64,000 nt of DNA from positions 124,001-188,000 of the forward strand of contig NIVC01000452.1 in the NCBI GenBank assembly GCA_002269645.1, given 5' to 3'. This document shows positions 25,701-37,065 of the stretch, piece after piece. Origin of the DNA: Macrostomum lignano. Taxonomy: Eukaryota. Below the pieces are notes generated by a model, which saw nothing but the letters and a program-made list of their open reading frames with translations, did no database searches and was not told the DNA's origin. Numbering within the stretch: position 1 is the stretch's first letter; each line of letters begins with the position of its first letter. Position numbers and translations under genes: made by a program.

Positions 25701-27251
25701 TCACCTCTCATCCCATCGCCATCCCACCCCATACCCATTCCATTCCTATCCCATCGCCATCCCATCGCCATCTCATCACCATCCCATCACCATCCCATCA
25801 CCATCCCATCGCCATCCCATCACCATCTCATCGCCATCTCATCACCCTCCCATCACCATCCCATCGCTATCCCATCATCATCTCATCGCCATCCCATCAC
25901 CATATTATCGCCATCCCATCATCATCTCATCACTATTCCATCATAACATCGCACCATCCCAACGCCATCCCATCAAGATCCCGTCAATTCCGCATTCACT
26001 CCGCAGCCGCCTGCTGCAGCCGCTGATGCTGGGCGATCGTGTACTGCAACTCGATGACCAGCCCGTTGATCCAGACCGGCTGTCCAACGGTGCAGCTGGC
26101 GAATTGCTGCATCTCACTGTGCGCTGGGATCCGCTGCAATACCATCGAGCCCTGGCGTCTATGACTGCGGCAGCCTCTGTAAGCCGCTGGCACTTGTAGA
26201 TAGTTTTGGACACAGTTGGGAGGATCTTATTTAAAACAGCCACCTAATAAATGCAGAAGCAACGATAATTGAAAGTTTACCCCTATGTGTCAGATAGGAA
26301 GTCGCAGGAGTCTGCAGACTCCGTGTTTACAGATTATTCATATTTGACAATCGGTATAGAATTCCTAAAATCCTATACTTATGGAAAATTTGATACTTAA
26401 AGGAAATATGTGTCAGATAGTTATGTGTATGGCTTGAGCTCCGGGCGGCTGCCGGGAGCCTGCTTGTTGAATTTGTTGAGCTCTTTGGGCGCAGCGGGCT
26501 TCTTGTGGAGACGCAGGTGGGCAACTGCTTCAGCACGGTGCGCCATCTCCGACGACGATTTCTCCGCTGCCTCCAATGCGTCGACTCTGGCCACGAGCGT
26601 CTTGAAGTCGGGCTGTTCGATCTCCAGCAGCTTTGCACGGTGCACGTCACTGCGGAGACCGAAGACAAACTGGTCGCGCAGTCTCTCGTCCAGAGTGCTG
26701 ATGCAGTGGGATACGTCTGACCCGTCCAGAGTGACCTCGAATTTGCAATACTCTGAGGCAGCCTTTAGGCCAGCAATAAAGTCCGCGAGACTCTCGCCGG
26801 GCTTCTGCACGCGCTGTTGAAAGCGGAATCTGGCGGATAACATTGACGTCTTGGGAGAGTAATGTGCCCTCAAGACAGCAGCTAAGTCTGAGTATGACTT
26901 GGAGGTCACCGTTTCCGGCAGGCACAGATTCCGAAGAACCTTGTAAGCGTCTTCTCCGATGGCGGTCACCAGCGTGGCGACCTTCGCCTCGTCTCGGACT
27001 TCTTTACAGATGAAGTATTGTTCGAGCCTCTCTAGGTATACCTCAATGTCAGAGTTTGCAGATGCAGAGAGTTCTGGAATTCTACCAGTTGTAGCCATTT
27101 TCTCGTCGCCAATGTGAAATTATGAGCCGAGTGATTGTAGTTAGAAGTAGAAAAGGAAGGACACGTGAAACTCTCCACGCGCGGTGTTGTATTTATTTAT
27201 ATTGATTTACTGACTCAGCACAGACAGAGATTAGGGGTGGGTGACTGAACA

Positions 27252-27287
<36 letters not shown>

Positions 27288-30200
27288 AATAACCAACTCC
27301 AAACCCCACCGACACTGGGGTGGCAAAAGTGCACTAGAACTAAAAAATAAACAAATAATAATAACTAACTGAGAGACCTAGCCAAGCCATACACATAACT
27401 ATCTGACAACTATCTGACAATATGAATTATAGAAAACTCAAATTAAATGGCATCCATCTGCCAAAAAACAGGATGCCAAAATCAGTGTGGCTAAGTTCAA
27501 TTCAAACCAGCGCCATTGTTGATTAATTGATTTTTGGCTCAAGACACCCAAGGCGCACGTTAACCTACACAATACACCCCGGAAATAAATCATAACTGGC
27601 AATAAATAAATCTTACACTAGCGATTCAACAAATGCTTTGCACCGCCCAACCTCGCAGATCCTGCGCACCATCAGCTGCAGCCCGCCCGCGCATCAGCCG
27701 CCGCCGTCGCAGCTGCCAGTTCGTCAGGTCTCAATGCCAGCCAGCCTGGCAACAACAGCGGAGCGACAGCTAGCAGCGCCTCGGCCGGCGCCAGCGGCAC
27801 TAGCTGACAGGGCTGTCCGGGTTTACCGTCATGACGGCCAGTCTCGGACAGTGCCAGTTGGCCGGGACACTCCCGCCGGCGTGGCGGCCGCTCTAGCCGC
27901 TAGAGAATTCGGCGTTGCCGGGGTAGATTACGCCTGCTGGCAGCTGGTTGAAGTCTGCGCCAGCCTGCCCGGACCGGCGCTGCGTAGGCGAGCTCTGCAA
28001 GACAGCGTCACCGATCTGGACGGTCGACTGCCGGTTGGCGGCCGGTATTATCTGAGACGGGCCGACGAACCCATTGATCAGTGCTTAACTGATAAAACTG
28101 AGGCGCTTCAATTGGCCAGAGAGGCTGCTGTTGACCTGCTGCAGGTGAGCCAATTTATTACATTTACAAATTTACTCTTATTGTGTATTTTGAAAAGAAC
28201 TCTTACTGTGTATTTGGATGTTTATTTTTGCTGTGCATTCGAGAATGTACTTTTACTGTGTACTTGTAAAAATGTACTTTTAATGTTGTTTTGAAATTTA
28301 CGAGCGTACTCTTACTGCGTATTTAAACATATATAATCCATAGAAATAAAGACTTTCCGTGACAATATTTGCGTTCTCCGGGATTTTATTTGGTAATATT
28401 CAATAATATCCCGTAAAGTCTTTATTTCTATAGTTTATACGAGATTACACATGCCTTTTTCGGGAGTTATTTTTTCGAGCCTGAGGCCCGAGGGATTTAT
28501 GAAAATAACTCCCGAAAAAGGCATGTTTAATCTGATACATTTTTAATGTGTTTTTGAAAATGCAATTACTGCGTGCTCAGCTTGCTGTGTACTTTAGAAT
28601 TGTACATGCAGGCTTTCTGCTTTCTCAGAAATTTATTGTGATTTCTATATGTTTTACTTTGGCGGGTATAGATGCTGCAATTGAGCGGCTGTTCTATGGT
28701 GTGTACGGCTGTTGCTGAAACTGTGGAAGTTTGCAACCCCCAAGCTTCTATATATTATGCGTTATACTAACCGCAGTCAACTTGGCTTAACCTGCAGCGT
28801 TGAGGGCAAATCTGTCTGTAAAACTAAAGTACAATTTCACATAAAGTCGAAAAGGTCTCAGTGTATGAACTGCGCAATCTACAGCGTCCTGCAGTGTCAA
28901 CTAAGGGAAACTATAAGGTCATAATACTGGCTCAAACTAACTCTTAATTATCTTTATTAACTCAACTAAACTCAATTTTCTGTTGAAATCGATCCTATTG
29001 CCAGACACTAGGACAGTGCTGTAACCAAACACTAGTTAGTCGGCTTTCAGACTAGTTAAAGTTTTGCTTTCGCACGATTATGACAATAAAATTTGGCATT
29101 TATTGCGAATTCACTGTTGGAATTCAAACCAATAGCTAGTATAAAATATTCTTAGAACGTAGGATGCAACGATTTCACTTCAAAATTTAAACATTAGCCA
29201 AGCAAACTTGGCTAATATTATTGCATTGCAAATGTTTATTTAAAACCTTATTTAAACAAGCTGACCTTTGGCACGTTACGAAACACTGGCATTAGCTAAT
29301 TATCATTTAGCTACTTGTAAAAATATGTTTGTGTCCTCGACTCTTCGTTGAACAAGATAATATTTTTTCCAGTTCTAAAATTCCAAATTGCCTGCATAGC
29401 TGTGGATTCGGTGAAGTGGAATCAGTGCCGTGGATTTAGTGTCGTGTGTTCAGTGCCGTGGAATCAGTGCCGCGGAATCAGTGTCATGGAATCAGTGCCG
29501 TGGAATCAGTGTCGTTGAATCAGTGTCGTGGAATCAGTGCCGTGGAATCAGTGTCGTGGAATCAGTGTCGTTGAATCAGTGTCGTGGAATCAGTGCCGTG
29601 GAATCAGTGTCATGGAATCAGTGCCGTGGAATCAGTGTCGTTGAATCAGTGTCGTGGAATCAGTGCCGTGGAATCAGTGTCGTGTAATCAGTGCCGTGGA
29701 ATCAGTGCCGTATAATCAGTACCGTATAATCAGTGCCGTGGAATCAGTGCCGTGGAATCAGTGTCGTGGAATCAGTGCCGTGGAATCAGTGTCGTGGAAT
29801 CAGTGTCGTGGAATCAGTGCCGTGGAATCAGTGCCGTGGAATCAGTGTCGTGGAATCAGTGCCGTGGAATCAGTGCCGTGGAATCAGTGTCGTGGAATCA
29901 GTGCCGTGGAATCAGTGCCGTGGAATCAGTGTCGTTGAATCAGTGCCGTTGAATCAGTGTCGTTGAATCAGTGTCGTGGAATCAGTGCCGTGGAATCAGT
30001 GCCGTGGAATCAGTGTCGTTGAATCAGTGTCGTGGAATCAGTGCCGTGGAATCAGTGTCGTGGAATCAGTGCCGTATAATCAGTGCCGTGGAATCAGTAT
30101 CGTTGAATCAGTGTCATGGAAGCAGTGCCGTGGATTCAGTGTTGTTGAATCAGTGTTGTTGAATCAGCGCCGTGGATTCGGTGTCATGGAATCTGTGTCG

Positions 30201-32388
30201 TGGATTCAGTATCGTTGAATCAGTGTCATGGAAGCAGTGCCGTGGATTCAGTGTTGTTGAATCAGCGCCGTGGATTCGGTGTCGTTGAATCAGTGTCGTG
30301 GAATCAGTGCCGTGGAATCAGTGCCGTGGAATCAGTGTCGTGGAATCAGTGCCGTGGAATCAGTGCCGTGGAATCAGTGCCGTGGAATCAGTGTCATGGA
30401 ATCAGTGCCGTGGAATCAGTGTCGTTGAATCAGTGTCGTGGAATCAGTGCCGTGGAATCAGTGCCGTGGAATCAGTGTCGTGGAATCAGTGCCGTTGAAT
30501 CAGTGTCGTGGAATCAGTGCCGTGGAATCAGTGCCGTGGAATCAGTGCCGTGGAATCAGTGTCGTGGAATCAGTGCCGTGGAATCAGTGCCGTGGAATCA
30601 GTGTCGTGGAATCAGTGCCGTGGAATCAGTGCCGTGGAATCAGTGTCGTTGAATCAGTGCCGTTGAATCAGTGTCGTTGAATCAGTGTCGTGGAATCAGT
30701 GCCGTGGAATCAGTGCCGTGGAATCAGTGTCGTTGAATCAGTGTCGTGGAATCAGTGCCGTGGAATCAGTGTCGTGGAATCAGTGCCGTATAATCAGTGC
30801 CGTGGAATCAGTATCGTTGAATCAGTGTCATGGAAGCAGTGCCGTGGATTCAGTGTTGTTGAATCAGTGTTGTTGAATCAGCGCCGTGGATTCGGTGTCA
30901 TGGAATCTGTGTCGTGGATTCAGTATCGTTGAATCAGTGTCATGGAAGCAGTGCCGTGGATTCAGTGTTGTTGAATCAGCGCCGTGGATTCGGTGTCGTT
31001 GAATCAGTGTCGTGGAAGCAGTGCCGTGGATTCAGTGCCGTTGAATCAGTATTGTTGAATCAGCGCCGTGGATTCAGTGTCGTTGAATCAGCGCCAAACA
31101 GGTGTTTGATCGAGCACAGACAATATAAAAGATTCCAAGCTTGTCTTTACATTCGAAACAGAATATAGTAACTACTACCGAATACACTTTTTTATTTGCT
31201 TTATTAACTTTCTATTATACTAACAAAAGGCCGAAAATGCATTAAAAGCCAATAGACGGTGTTTTTATGAGTAGAGCGAGAATAGAGAATGGAGTGCCAG
31301 TTTTACAGAGACTAGGGGAAATTATTCCCATTGCAATAATTTTATTGGAGGAAAAGAGATCAATTGGAAAATTGCTATTTTTTCATCCCTCCAACCCCCA
31401 GCTCGATCCTCGCCGCCTCGCCCAGCTGCTCACCGAGTCCGACGCGGAGGCGCACCGGCAAATCCGTCCCGCAGACCTGGTGCTGTGGTGGCTCGGCAAC
31501 CGCGATGGCAGCAGCTACAAATCCTTGACCGCTTTTCGTCGGCTAATCCGGCTGGCCGAGGCCACGTCCGGCTGGCCGGGGCGCGAACTCGCGACCTGCG
31601 GCGGTGCCAACATCGAAGCCAGCGAGCAGCGCCGTCGCGACCGGATTCTGAAGCGCCTGGTCCGCGTAGCCCTGGAGTGCCACCGGTTGCGGAACCTGTG
31701 CTCTGCCACCAGCCTGGCCCTCGGCCTGGCCGCCTGTCAGCCTGCCGGCTGGGAGCGCCGACTGCCCCGGCCGCTGCGGACCGCTTGGCAGGACCGGCTG
31801 GCCAGCCTGGCCGACGTGTCCATGAACCACGCTGGCTACCGAATGCAGCTGCTGGAGGCTGCCGGCCCGGCCACTGTGCCGCACCCGGCCGTGCTCTGCA
31901 AAGATCTGACGTCGCTTCGGGAGGCCGGCGGCAAGTCCGACAGCGGGCTGGTCAATTTCTATCGACTGCGCCTGGTGGCCAATCTGGCGCGCTCCTTCTG
32001 CCGACAGCGACTGCCGCCGCCTCTGCCGACTCCGCCGGCTTTGTCTACGCCGACTCCTCCGCCGACGCCTACGTCGATAGAGGAGCGACTTCCATCAGTG
32101 ACGACGGCTCAGCAGCAGCAGGGCGTCGCAGACTCCAGCAAGTCTTCTTCGTCGGCGTCTTCGATTGCTTCGTCGAACTCGTCCGGTGTGTCCGTCAGCT
32201 CCCCGGTGCGCGAGGCCCGCCGTCTAGCCAGTCGGCTCCTGCTGATTGGCCGGCCGAGCCCGCCTGGTTGCGGCGGCGGCGGTGGCGTCGGCTTACGACG
32301 TCGGCAGTTGCTGTGCGATGAGTCGCTAGCTGAGAAGCGACTTTCAGCTTATGTGCAGCGAATGGTGCATCCCAATGGCATTGTTTAA
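22706..32388 (+). CDS. RAPGEF2: PDZ-GEF (RAPGEF2/6-like Rap guanine-nucleotide exchange factor), copy 1
   Basis: Exons 23000-23078, 23815-23907, 24220-24792 (cNMP-like), 25103-25647 (REM, PDZ start), 26007-26178 (PDZ end), 27659-28144 (RA), 31402-32388 (RasGEF; KDLT and LVNF..LR motifs) splice in frame. The domain order cNMP-REM-PDZ-RA-GEF is diagnostic. An upstream exon starting near 22706 and the start codon are uncertain. Confidence 0.88.
23300..23486. repeat. 42-bp minisatellite, ~4 copies (RapGEF intron); copy 2 at 50485-50671
   Basis: Unit ggagtc(a/g)ggactgcagttaatagagaccctatttgtgtcagg. Confidence 0.9.
24069..24177. repeat. 22-bp minisatellite, 5 copies (RapGEF intron); copy 2 at 51254-51362
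   Basis: Unit cccctctactgatcaagaatcg. Confidence 0.92.
24826..24964. repeat. 30-bp minisatellite, ~4.5 copies (RapGEF intron)
   Basis: Unit ctcagtcattaaccgccaccctcccagatt; longer in copy 2. Confidence 0.92.
25690..25975. repeat. Low-complexity CATCC/CATCGC/CATCAC array (RapGEF intron); longer in copy 2 at 53118-53479
   Basis: Degenerate catcccatcgc/catcac units. They generate the spurious H/P/I/S-rich ORFs. Confidence 0.88.
26411..27419 (-). mobile_element. Truncated Ty3/Gypsy (Mag-like) LTR retrotransposon: 5'LTR + PBS + partial gag + inverted LTR tip, 5-bp TSD
   Basis: Absent from copy 2, where the empty site ggaaatatgaattatag lies near 53907. TSD atatg at 26406-26410 and 27420-27424. 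LTR 27419-27113 runs TG...CA with AATAAA and a (CT)n tract. PBS tggcgacgag (27111-27102) is complementary to the tRNA-Ser(GCU) 3' end. Confidence 0.92.
26421..27098 (-). CDS. gag: Gypsy Gag, C-terminally truncated, 225 aa
   Basis: YLERLEQYF, RFRFQQRVQKPGESLADFIAGLK and LRDQFVFGL are typical Mag/Gypsy gag motifs. The ATG directly follows the PBS. The frame ends in the inverted LTR tip before any zinc knuckle or protease. Confidence 0.9.
   Translation of the reverse strand: MATTGRIPELSASANSDIEVYLERLEQYFICKEVRDEAKVATLVTAIGEDAYKVLRNLCLPETVTSKSYSDLAAVLRAHYSPKTSMLSARFRFQQRVQKPGESLADFIAGLKAASEYCKFEVTLDGSDVSHCISTLDERLRDQFVFGLRSDVHRAKLLEIEQPDFKTLVARVDALEAAEKSSSEMAHRAEAVAHLRLHKKPAAPKELNKFNKQAPGSRPELKPYT
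28331..28538. mobile_element. ~208-bp double-hairpin insertion present only in copy 1
   Basis: Absent at ~54815. Hairpin 1: tagaaataaagacttt/aaagtctttatttcta. Hairpin 2: gattacacatgcctttttcgggagttatttt/aaaataactcccgaaaaaggcatgtttaatc. Possible TA/ATA duplication. Confidence 0.7.
29404..31095. repeat. 14-bp satellite, ~120 units, with a 714-bp higher-order duplication
   Basis: Unit ggaatcagtg(c/t)cgt. Variant blocks recur at offset 714 (29971/30685, 29976/30690, 30200/30914). Confidence 0.96.
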
Positions 32389-33371
32389 CGAGTTCTTTTT
32401 AGAATGCCTCTAAATACAATTTACACCATACATACTACTACTAAGTTTAAAGCTGTTTTAAGTAGTATTACTAGCGCATGGACGGCTTAAGTTTTGTTTT
32501 TTTTGCTTGTAGGCTTCTTAATGCTTAAAATTGCATTTTTGTGTTCGTTTTCAACTCGCTTGTCTTCCATTCTCTAGAAACGTGTACTTTTCCACGAAGT
32601 CAATATCACTCGCTGCATTTTCAATAGACAGTGTCCTAAAATTTGAGTCTTCCTATTATTCAATCCACTTCAATAAATAACTGACTTGTGTAAGCAACAA
32701 ATTTAACTATTTTAAACCCAGAAAATGTTTTAAAGTACCGCTACTCATTTTGCAAATTTTAATTTTTGACGTTTGGAATCTCTTATTACGGTAGGAACCA
32801 TATATATTTTGACACTTCAATACGATTCATTTAAGAGAAGAACGTTTTGTTTATATTGGTGCTTAGACACTGCAAAGAAGCTTTATTATGTTTGGTAACA
32901 TTTATTTAGCTTTTTTATTCGGTTAGTCTGTAATATTGAATGTTGTAACTACTGATTGAGGGCTATGAGTTAGAGGCTCATGTAAGAACCAAGACCACAG
33001 GCGGCTAGAGTAGAAAAGCCGTTACAGTCGCAGTTGATCGAATTTCGCTGGAGGCCATGAAGATTTTAGCACTAAACTCACATTATGAGTCTGAGTTGCA
33101 CTCGCAAGGTTTTCAGAGCTGTTTCTCTAATAATTCTTTTTTAATTTGTTTCCTCGACCAACTTGCATTGTGCAACGAAAATCGGCCTCCAGCGACATTT
33201 GCTAGTGCAGCGGAATTCTGCTTCAGCTGCCCATGTCTCTAGCTTGTACGATCGTATTATTATTAGTGGTGCCTGCGTTGAGGTAACGAAAGTCTTTATG
33301 GGGTTTCAAAAGTCTTTATGAAGTTTCAATACCTTTAATCACGTGACGGTCTCCAGTCACTGGCCAACTGT

Positions 33372-34042
33372 TTAGAAGGCCGGACCGTTGAGCTGGGACT
33401 CGATATGTTTCAGCTCCCGAGCCAGCTGGCACATGGTGCACGGGCCGCAAAAGTAGGAGCAGCAGCAGTCCTTAATAACGCTGCCCTCGATGTTGTACCG
33501 AGTGCGCAGCTTCAGTCGGTACATCATCAGAGTATCCGATACGCAGAACGGCGTGCAGCAGTGCTCGTTCATTCGTTTAGAGATGCTGCAGGTTAGGTAC
33601 CAGAAGCCGCAAAATAATGAGCAGACGCAGGAGGTGCAGTCCTCGAAGCAGCCGCAGGTGCCGGTGCTCCATTCCCTCTCTTGCTGCTTTCCTGCAGTGA
33701 TGTTCAGGTTGTTACATGTGATGATGTCTTTTGACGAGTGTGTAACCAAAACTAGGGACCCGACCCTAGAACTGGATTAAGGCTGGCAAGGCCCAGCCTC
33801 AGATAATTTAAACCTTATTTATCGTATTAAGAGTTGACATTCAATACTCGTATTTAGCCTTGTCCTTGTCCTTTTTCCAGAATTCACCTTAAAAGTCACT
33901 GCAGCCTGTGGCAATGTGTAGATAAAGAAACAGTAATAGCACTAAATTCAAATCACTTACCAATCGATACGGGCTGCCCGGTCTGCACAAAAGTCGCTTC
34001 CGGCTGGCTGGTCACCACGTACTGCACCTGTTGTTTCTGCAT
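33372..34042 (-). CDS. PLAC8/cornifelin-family Cys-rich protein, 2 exons, 133 aa, copy 1
   Basis: Exon 1 34042-33961 (MQKQQVQYVVTSQPEATFVQTGQPVSI, donor GTAAGT, phase 1) and exon 2 33691-33372. PLAC8 motifs WSTGTCGCFED, LRTRYNIEGS..KDCC and FCGPCTMCQLARELK. Confidence 0.93.
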
Positions 34043-34739
34043 ATCGAGCAGTTAGCTAGCGCGAGTCTACTCAAGTGAGCCGTGAAAGAAAAGCGCCTTA
34101 AAAATTTTAAGAGAACGTCATAAATGTAGAAATTCTTTCCTGGGCTGGGTGGGTGGTGGGCGCATCTCGCTGCGAGGCAGCCGCACCCTAATAGACAGCT
34201 GCACCCAAAAAGCTCGTCGTGACCTTTTTACCAACAGGCATTATTTGACAGTGTAAATTTAAGGGCAAGCAGCAGCAGCAGACAGACAAGAGGGCTCTGT
34301 TAAAGACTGTTCGAATGGCCTCTGCTTTTGAATTGTTTTTACGAGCGTAAAAGTAACCAAACATGCGACGTGCGCGCCTTACGTTAAGCCGTGGTTGCGC
34401 GCATTTCCTATTTTTTTCTACCCTGAGGCAGTAGCTGCAGACATCTACAATAACTATATGAGCTAGCAAAAATGATGTCATCTAATTTAGACAGCATACG
34501 TCGTGTAGTAGCTAGTCGCGGCGCTGTCTCTCTTTAACTCGCAATATTTTTAATTTCCAAGATTGCAGCCTTACATTGTGCTTTCACTATGGACAGCTCA
34601 GGCACTCCAATTTCACTGGAATTTCAAATTATTTGTCCAGTGGGTTAAGCGAGGGCTGCTTTAATGGTTCGTGGAAAAAGACACTTCAATAATTTATCTG
34701 CATACACCCACCTAATGAGACTTCTCAACATAGTTTCCA

Positions 34740-35000
34740 GACAGAGTCATACATTTCTTCATCCGATAAAAGCATGCTATATAAAACAGTCTCTTAATTT
34801 CACCTGAGTGACAGCTTCCAGCTCCTTGCGAGAATCAAAGCGCTTTCCTTTGAGCTTCTTCTTAATCCTCGGACAGAAGAAGTCAACAGGAGCGAGGTCG
34901 GGCGAGTAGGCTGGAGATATGGCAGCAGAGTCGATGCCAGATCCTCTTATCACCCTGGCTCGGTGAGCTGCATGGTGCGTTGTCATGGTGCAGGAAAATG
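34740..35000 (-). pseudogene. Mariner transposase C-terminal remnant, copy 1
   Basis: Frameshifted HHDNAP..H, PAYSPDLAPVDF, KKKLKGKRF and KCMTLSGNYVEK, matching the mariner D,D34D C-terminus. Confidence 0.85.
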
Positions 35001-35276
35001 GTACCTACGCGGTCTCTTGTTTTTGGCAAGGACCACTAGGAGCACTTTATTTCATGATTTTGTCGTATTATTACATGTAGGACTGTAGGTTATTAGTTTT
35101 TCTTACATTTACTTATGACTATAGGCTAGGCCTATATTCTTGTCAAGAAGCTGAAAATTGACATTAAAAAGGTTTCAACACATCCTCTGAAATGCCACTG
35201 AAAAAAACACGTAAAGTTTCACTTCATTTGCATAAAAGGAAGTTTTATTTTCCCATATAATATTTATAAGAATGAG

Positions 35277-35845
35277 CTATAAATTCTCAAGGACTACTAA
35301 AGTAGGACGGGAAACTACGTTTCTTAGAAAATGCTTATGAGGCTGGTTTTCGCGGAGAAGTACTCATTTATAGGAAGTTTCATTTTTCAGCGCAAAAATT
35401 GCTACTGCTTTCGATAGGAGGCAGGCAGACCCATTATTCATATTTTGATATGTTGTGCCTTCTTATAGGAATAGCTCTATTGGTATTCATAAAGTTTTTT
35501 GTTTAGAAAATTAGAATTACGAGTATATGTCAAATTCTTTTATTCTACGTAGTTCCTGTGCCTAAAATCATAATAACGCATGGCACAGCTCTGGTTTTAT
35601 GGATCTATTTTATCAGCTCTGTTACACATTGACACAATGGGCTAAGAAGTCTTATATCAATACAGCTATAAAAGATGAACATTGGATCTACCTGATCCTA
35701 TCGAAAGCAATAACAATTCTTTTTCTGAAATAACGAAAACTTCATATCTCCGCAGTGTATTTTTTCGGCGAAAACCTGCCTTTTAAACATTTTCTATGTA
35801 ACGTTTACTGTCCTACTCGAGTAGTCCTTGTAAATTCTATAGCGA
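35277..35845. mobile_element. MITE-like element with ~110-bp imperfect inverted ends; copy 2 at ~61086-61670
   Basis: Left gctataaattctcaaggactact..gtaggacgggaaac..tagaaaatg..ggctggttttcgc is mirrored by gcgaaaacctgcc..cattttcta..gtcctactcgagtagtccttgtaaattctatagc. Confidence 0.6.
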
Positions 35846-36631
35846 ATAGCGATCCAGCGCGCCAATTGAGTGACTTTGGGCACGTCATATCCCGGGTGAA
35901 AAGGCATTAAAAAATAAACAAGCTAACAAAAAATAACGAGAAGCATCCTCATCAATTGTGTAGTTTCTTTCCAACACTTTGATTTAATAATAGAACTCAT
36001 ATTCATATTTAGCGTAGAAAGTTATTCAAGTTTTACATTATACGTACTAGTCGGTGCGTGTTTTAATATAATCATTGCCACTTATAATGAATTCATGACT
36101 GTGAAAGGTGTGGCCGACAGCCAGAAACGACTCAACAGGTATAATAAACAATATTTTATGCTCAAAATTAGCAATTTTCAGACAAAAATCGAAAAGCTAA
36201 ATGGAATCTAATCTACGAGTAGCTCAACAAACCTGTCAAACCAGCAATACAGGGCCATTGAAAATACAAAAAGCACAAAGTACTCTTATTATAAAGAAGT
36301 TGCTTGATTCAAATTTGATCGTCAGAACAATTACTCGTAATTACGAGCGTATAATTGCACAGAGCCTTGAATTTCATCTGAATAGCAGTAGGTTAAACAT
36401 TCCAGAGTTTTTTTACATGTTGGAAATATTTTTGTAAGATTGAGTGATGGCATAAAAACCAATATTATATTTTTTTCGACACTGAATAAGAGCTTATCAA
36501 CAAGAAAGAATAATGTCATAATTCGAAAGGGATAATAAGAAAATGTGTATTAATAGCTAAATTAGAGTACTCACAAATTTATCCGTACTTCTAGGGGTTA
36601 AAACGGTGGTAAAGACCATGATTGCACACTG

Positions 36632-37065
36632 CACAGTCCTGGCCAAGGCCAACTAGCGGGTGTACATTGGGGCAGGGGATATAAGAGGGCCGTTGCACAG
36701 TCCTGGCCAACTAGTGGGTGTACATTGGGGCAGGGGATATAAGAGGGCCGTTGCACAGTCCTGGCCAACTAGTGGGTGTACATTGGGGCAGGGGATATAA
36801 GAGGGCCGTTGCACAGTCCTGGCCAACTAGTGGGTGTACATTGGGACAGGGGTTATAAGAGGGCCGTTGCACAGTCCTGGCCAACTAGTGGGTGTACATT
36901 GGGGCAGGGGTTATAAGAGGGCCGTTGCACAGTCCTGGCCAACTAGTGGGTGTACATTGGGGCAGGGGTTATAAAGAGGGCCGTTGCACAGTCCTGGCCA
37001 ACTAGTGGGTGTACATTGGGGCAGGGGTTATAAAGAGGGCCGTTGCACAGTCCTGGCCAACTAGC
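36632..37065. repeat. 58-59-bp minisatellite, ~7.5 copies
   Basis: Unit cacagtcctggccaactagtgggtgtacattggggcaggggatataagagggccgttg. Confidence 0.95.

Noticed and set aside
29430-31168. Many NQCRGISAVESV ORFs (also 55966-56990)
   Set aside because: They are frames of the 14-bp satellite inside a RapGEF intron.
31485-32321. 278-aa overlapping ORF in a second frame of the RasGEF exon
   Set aside because: Expected by-product of high GC content; no recognisable motifs.
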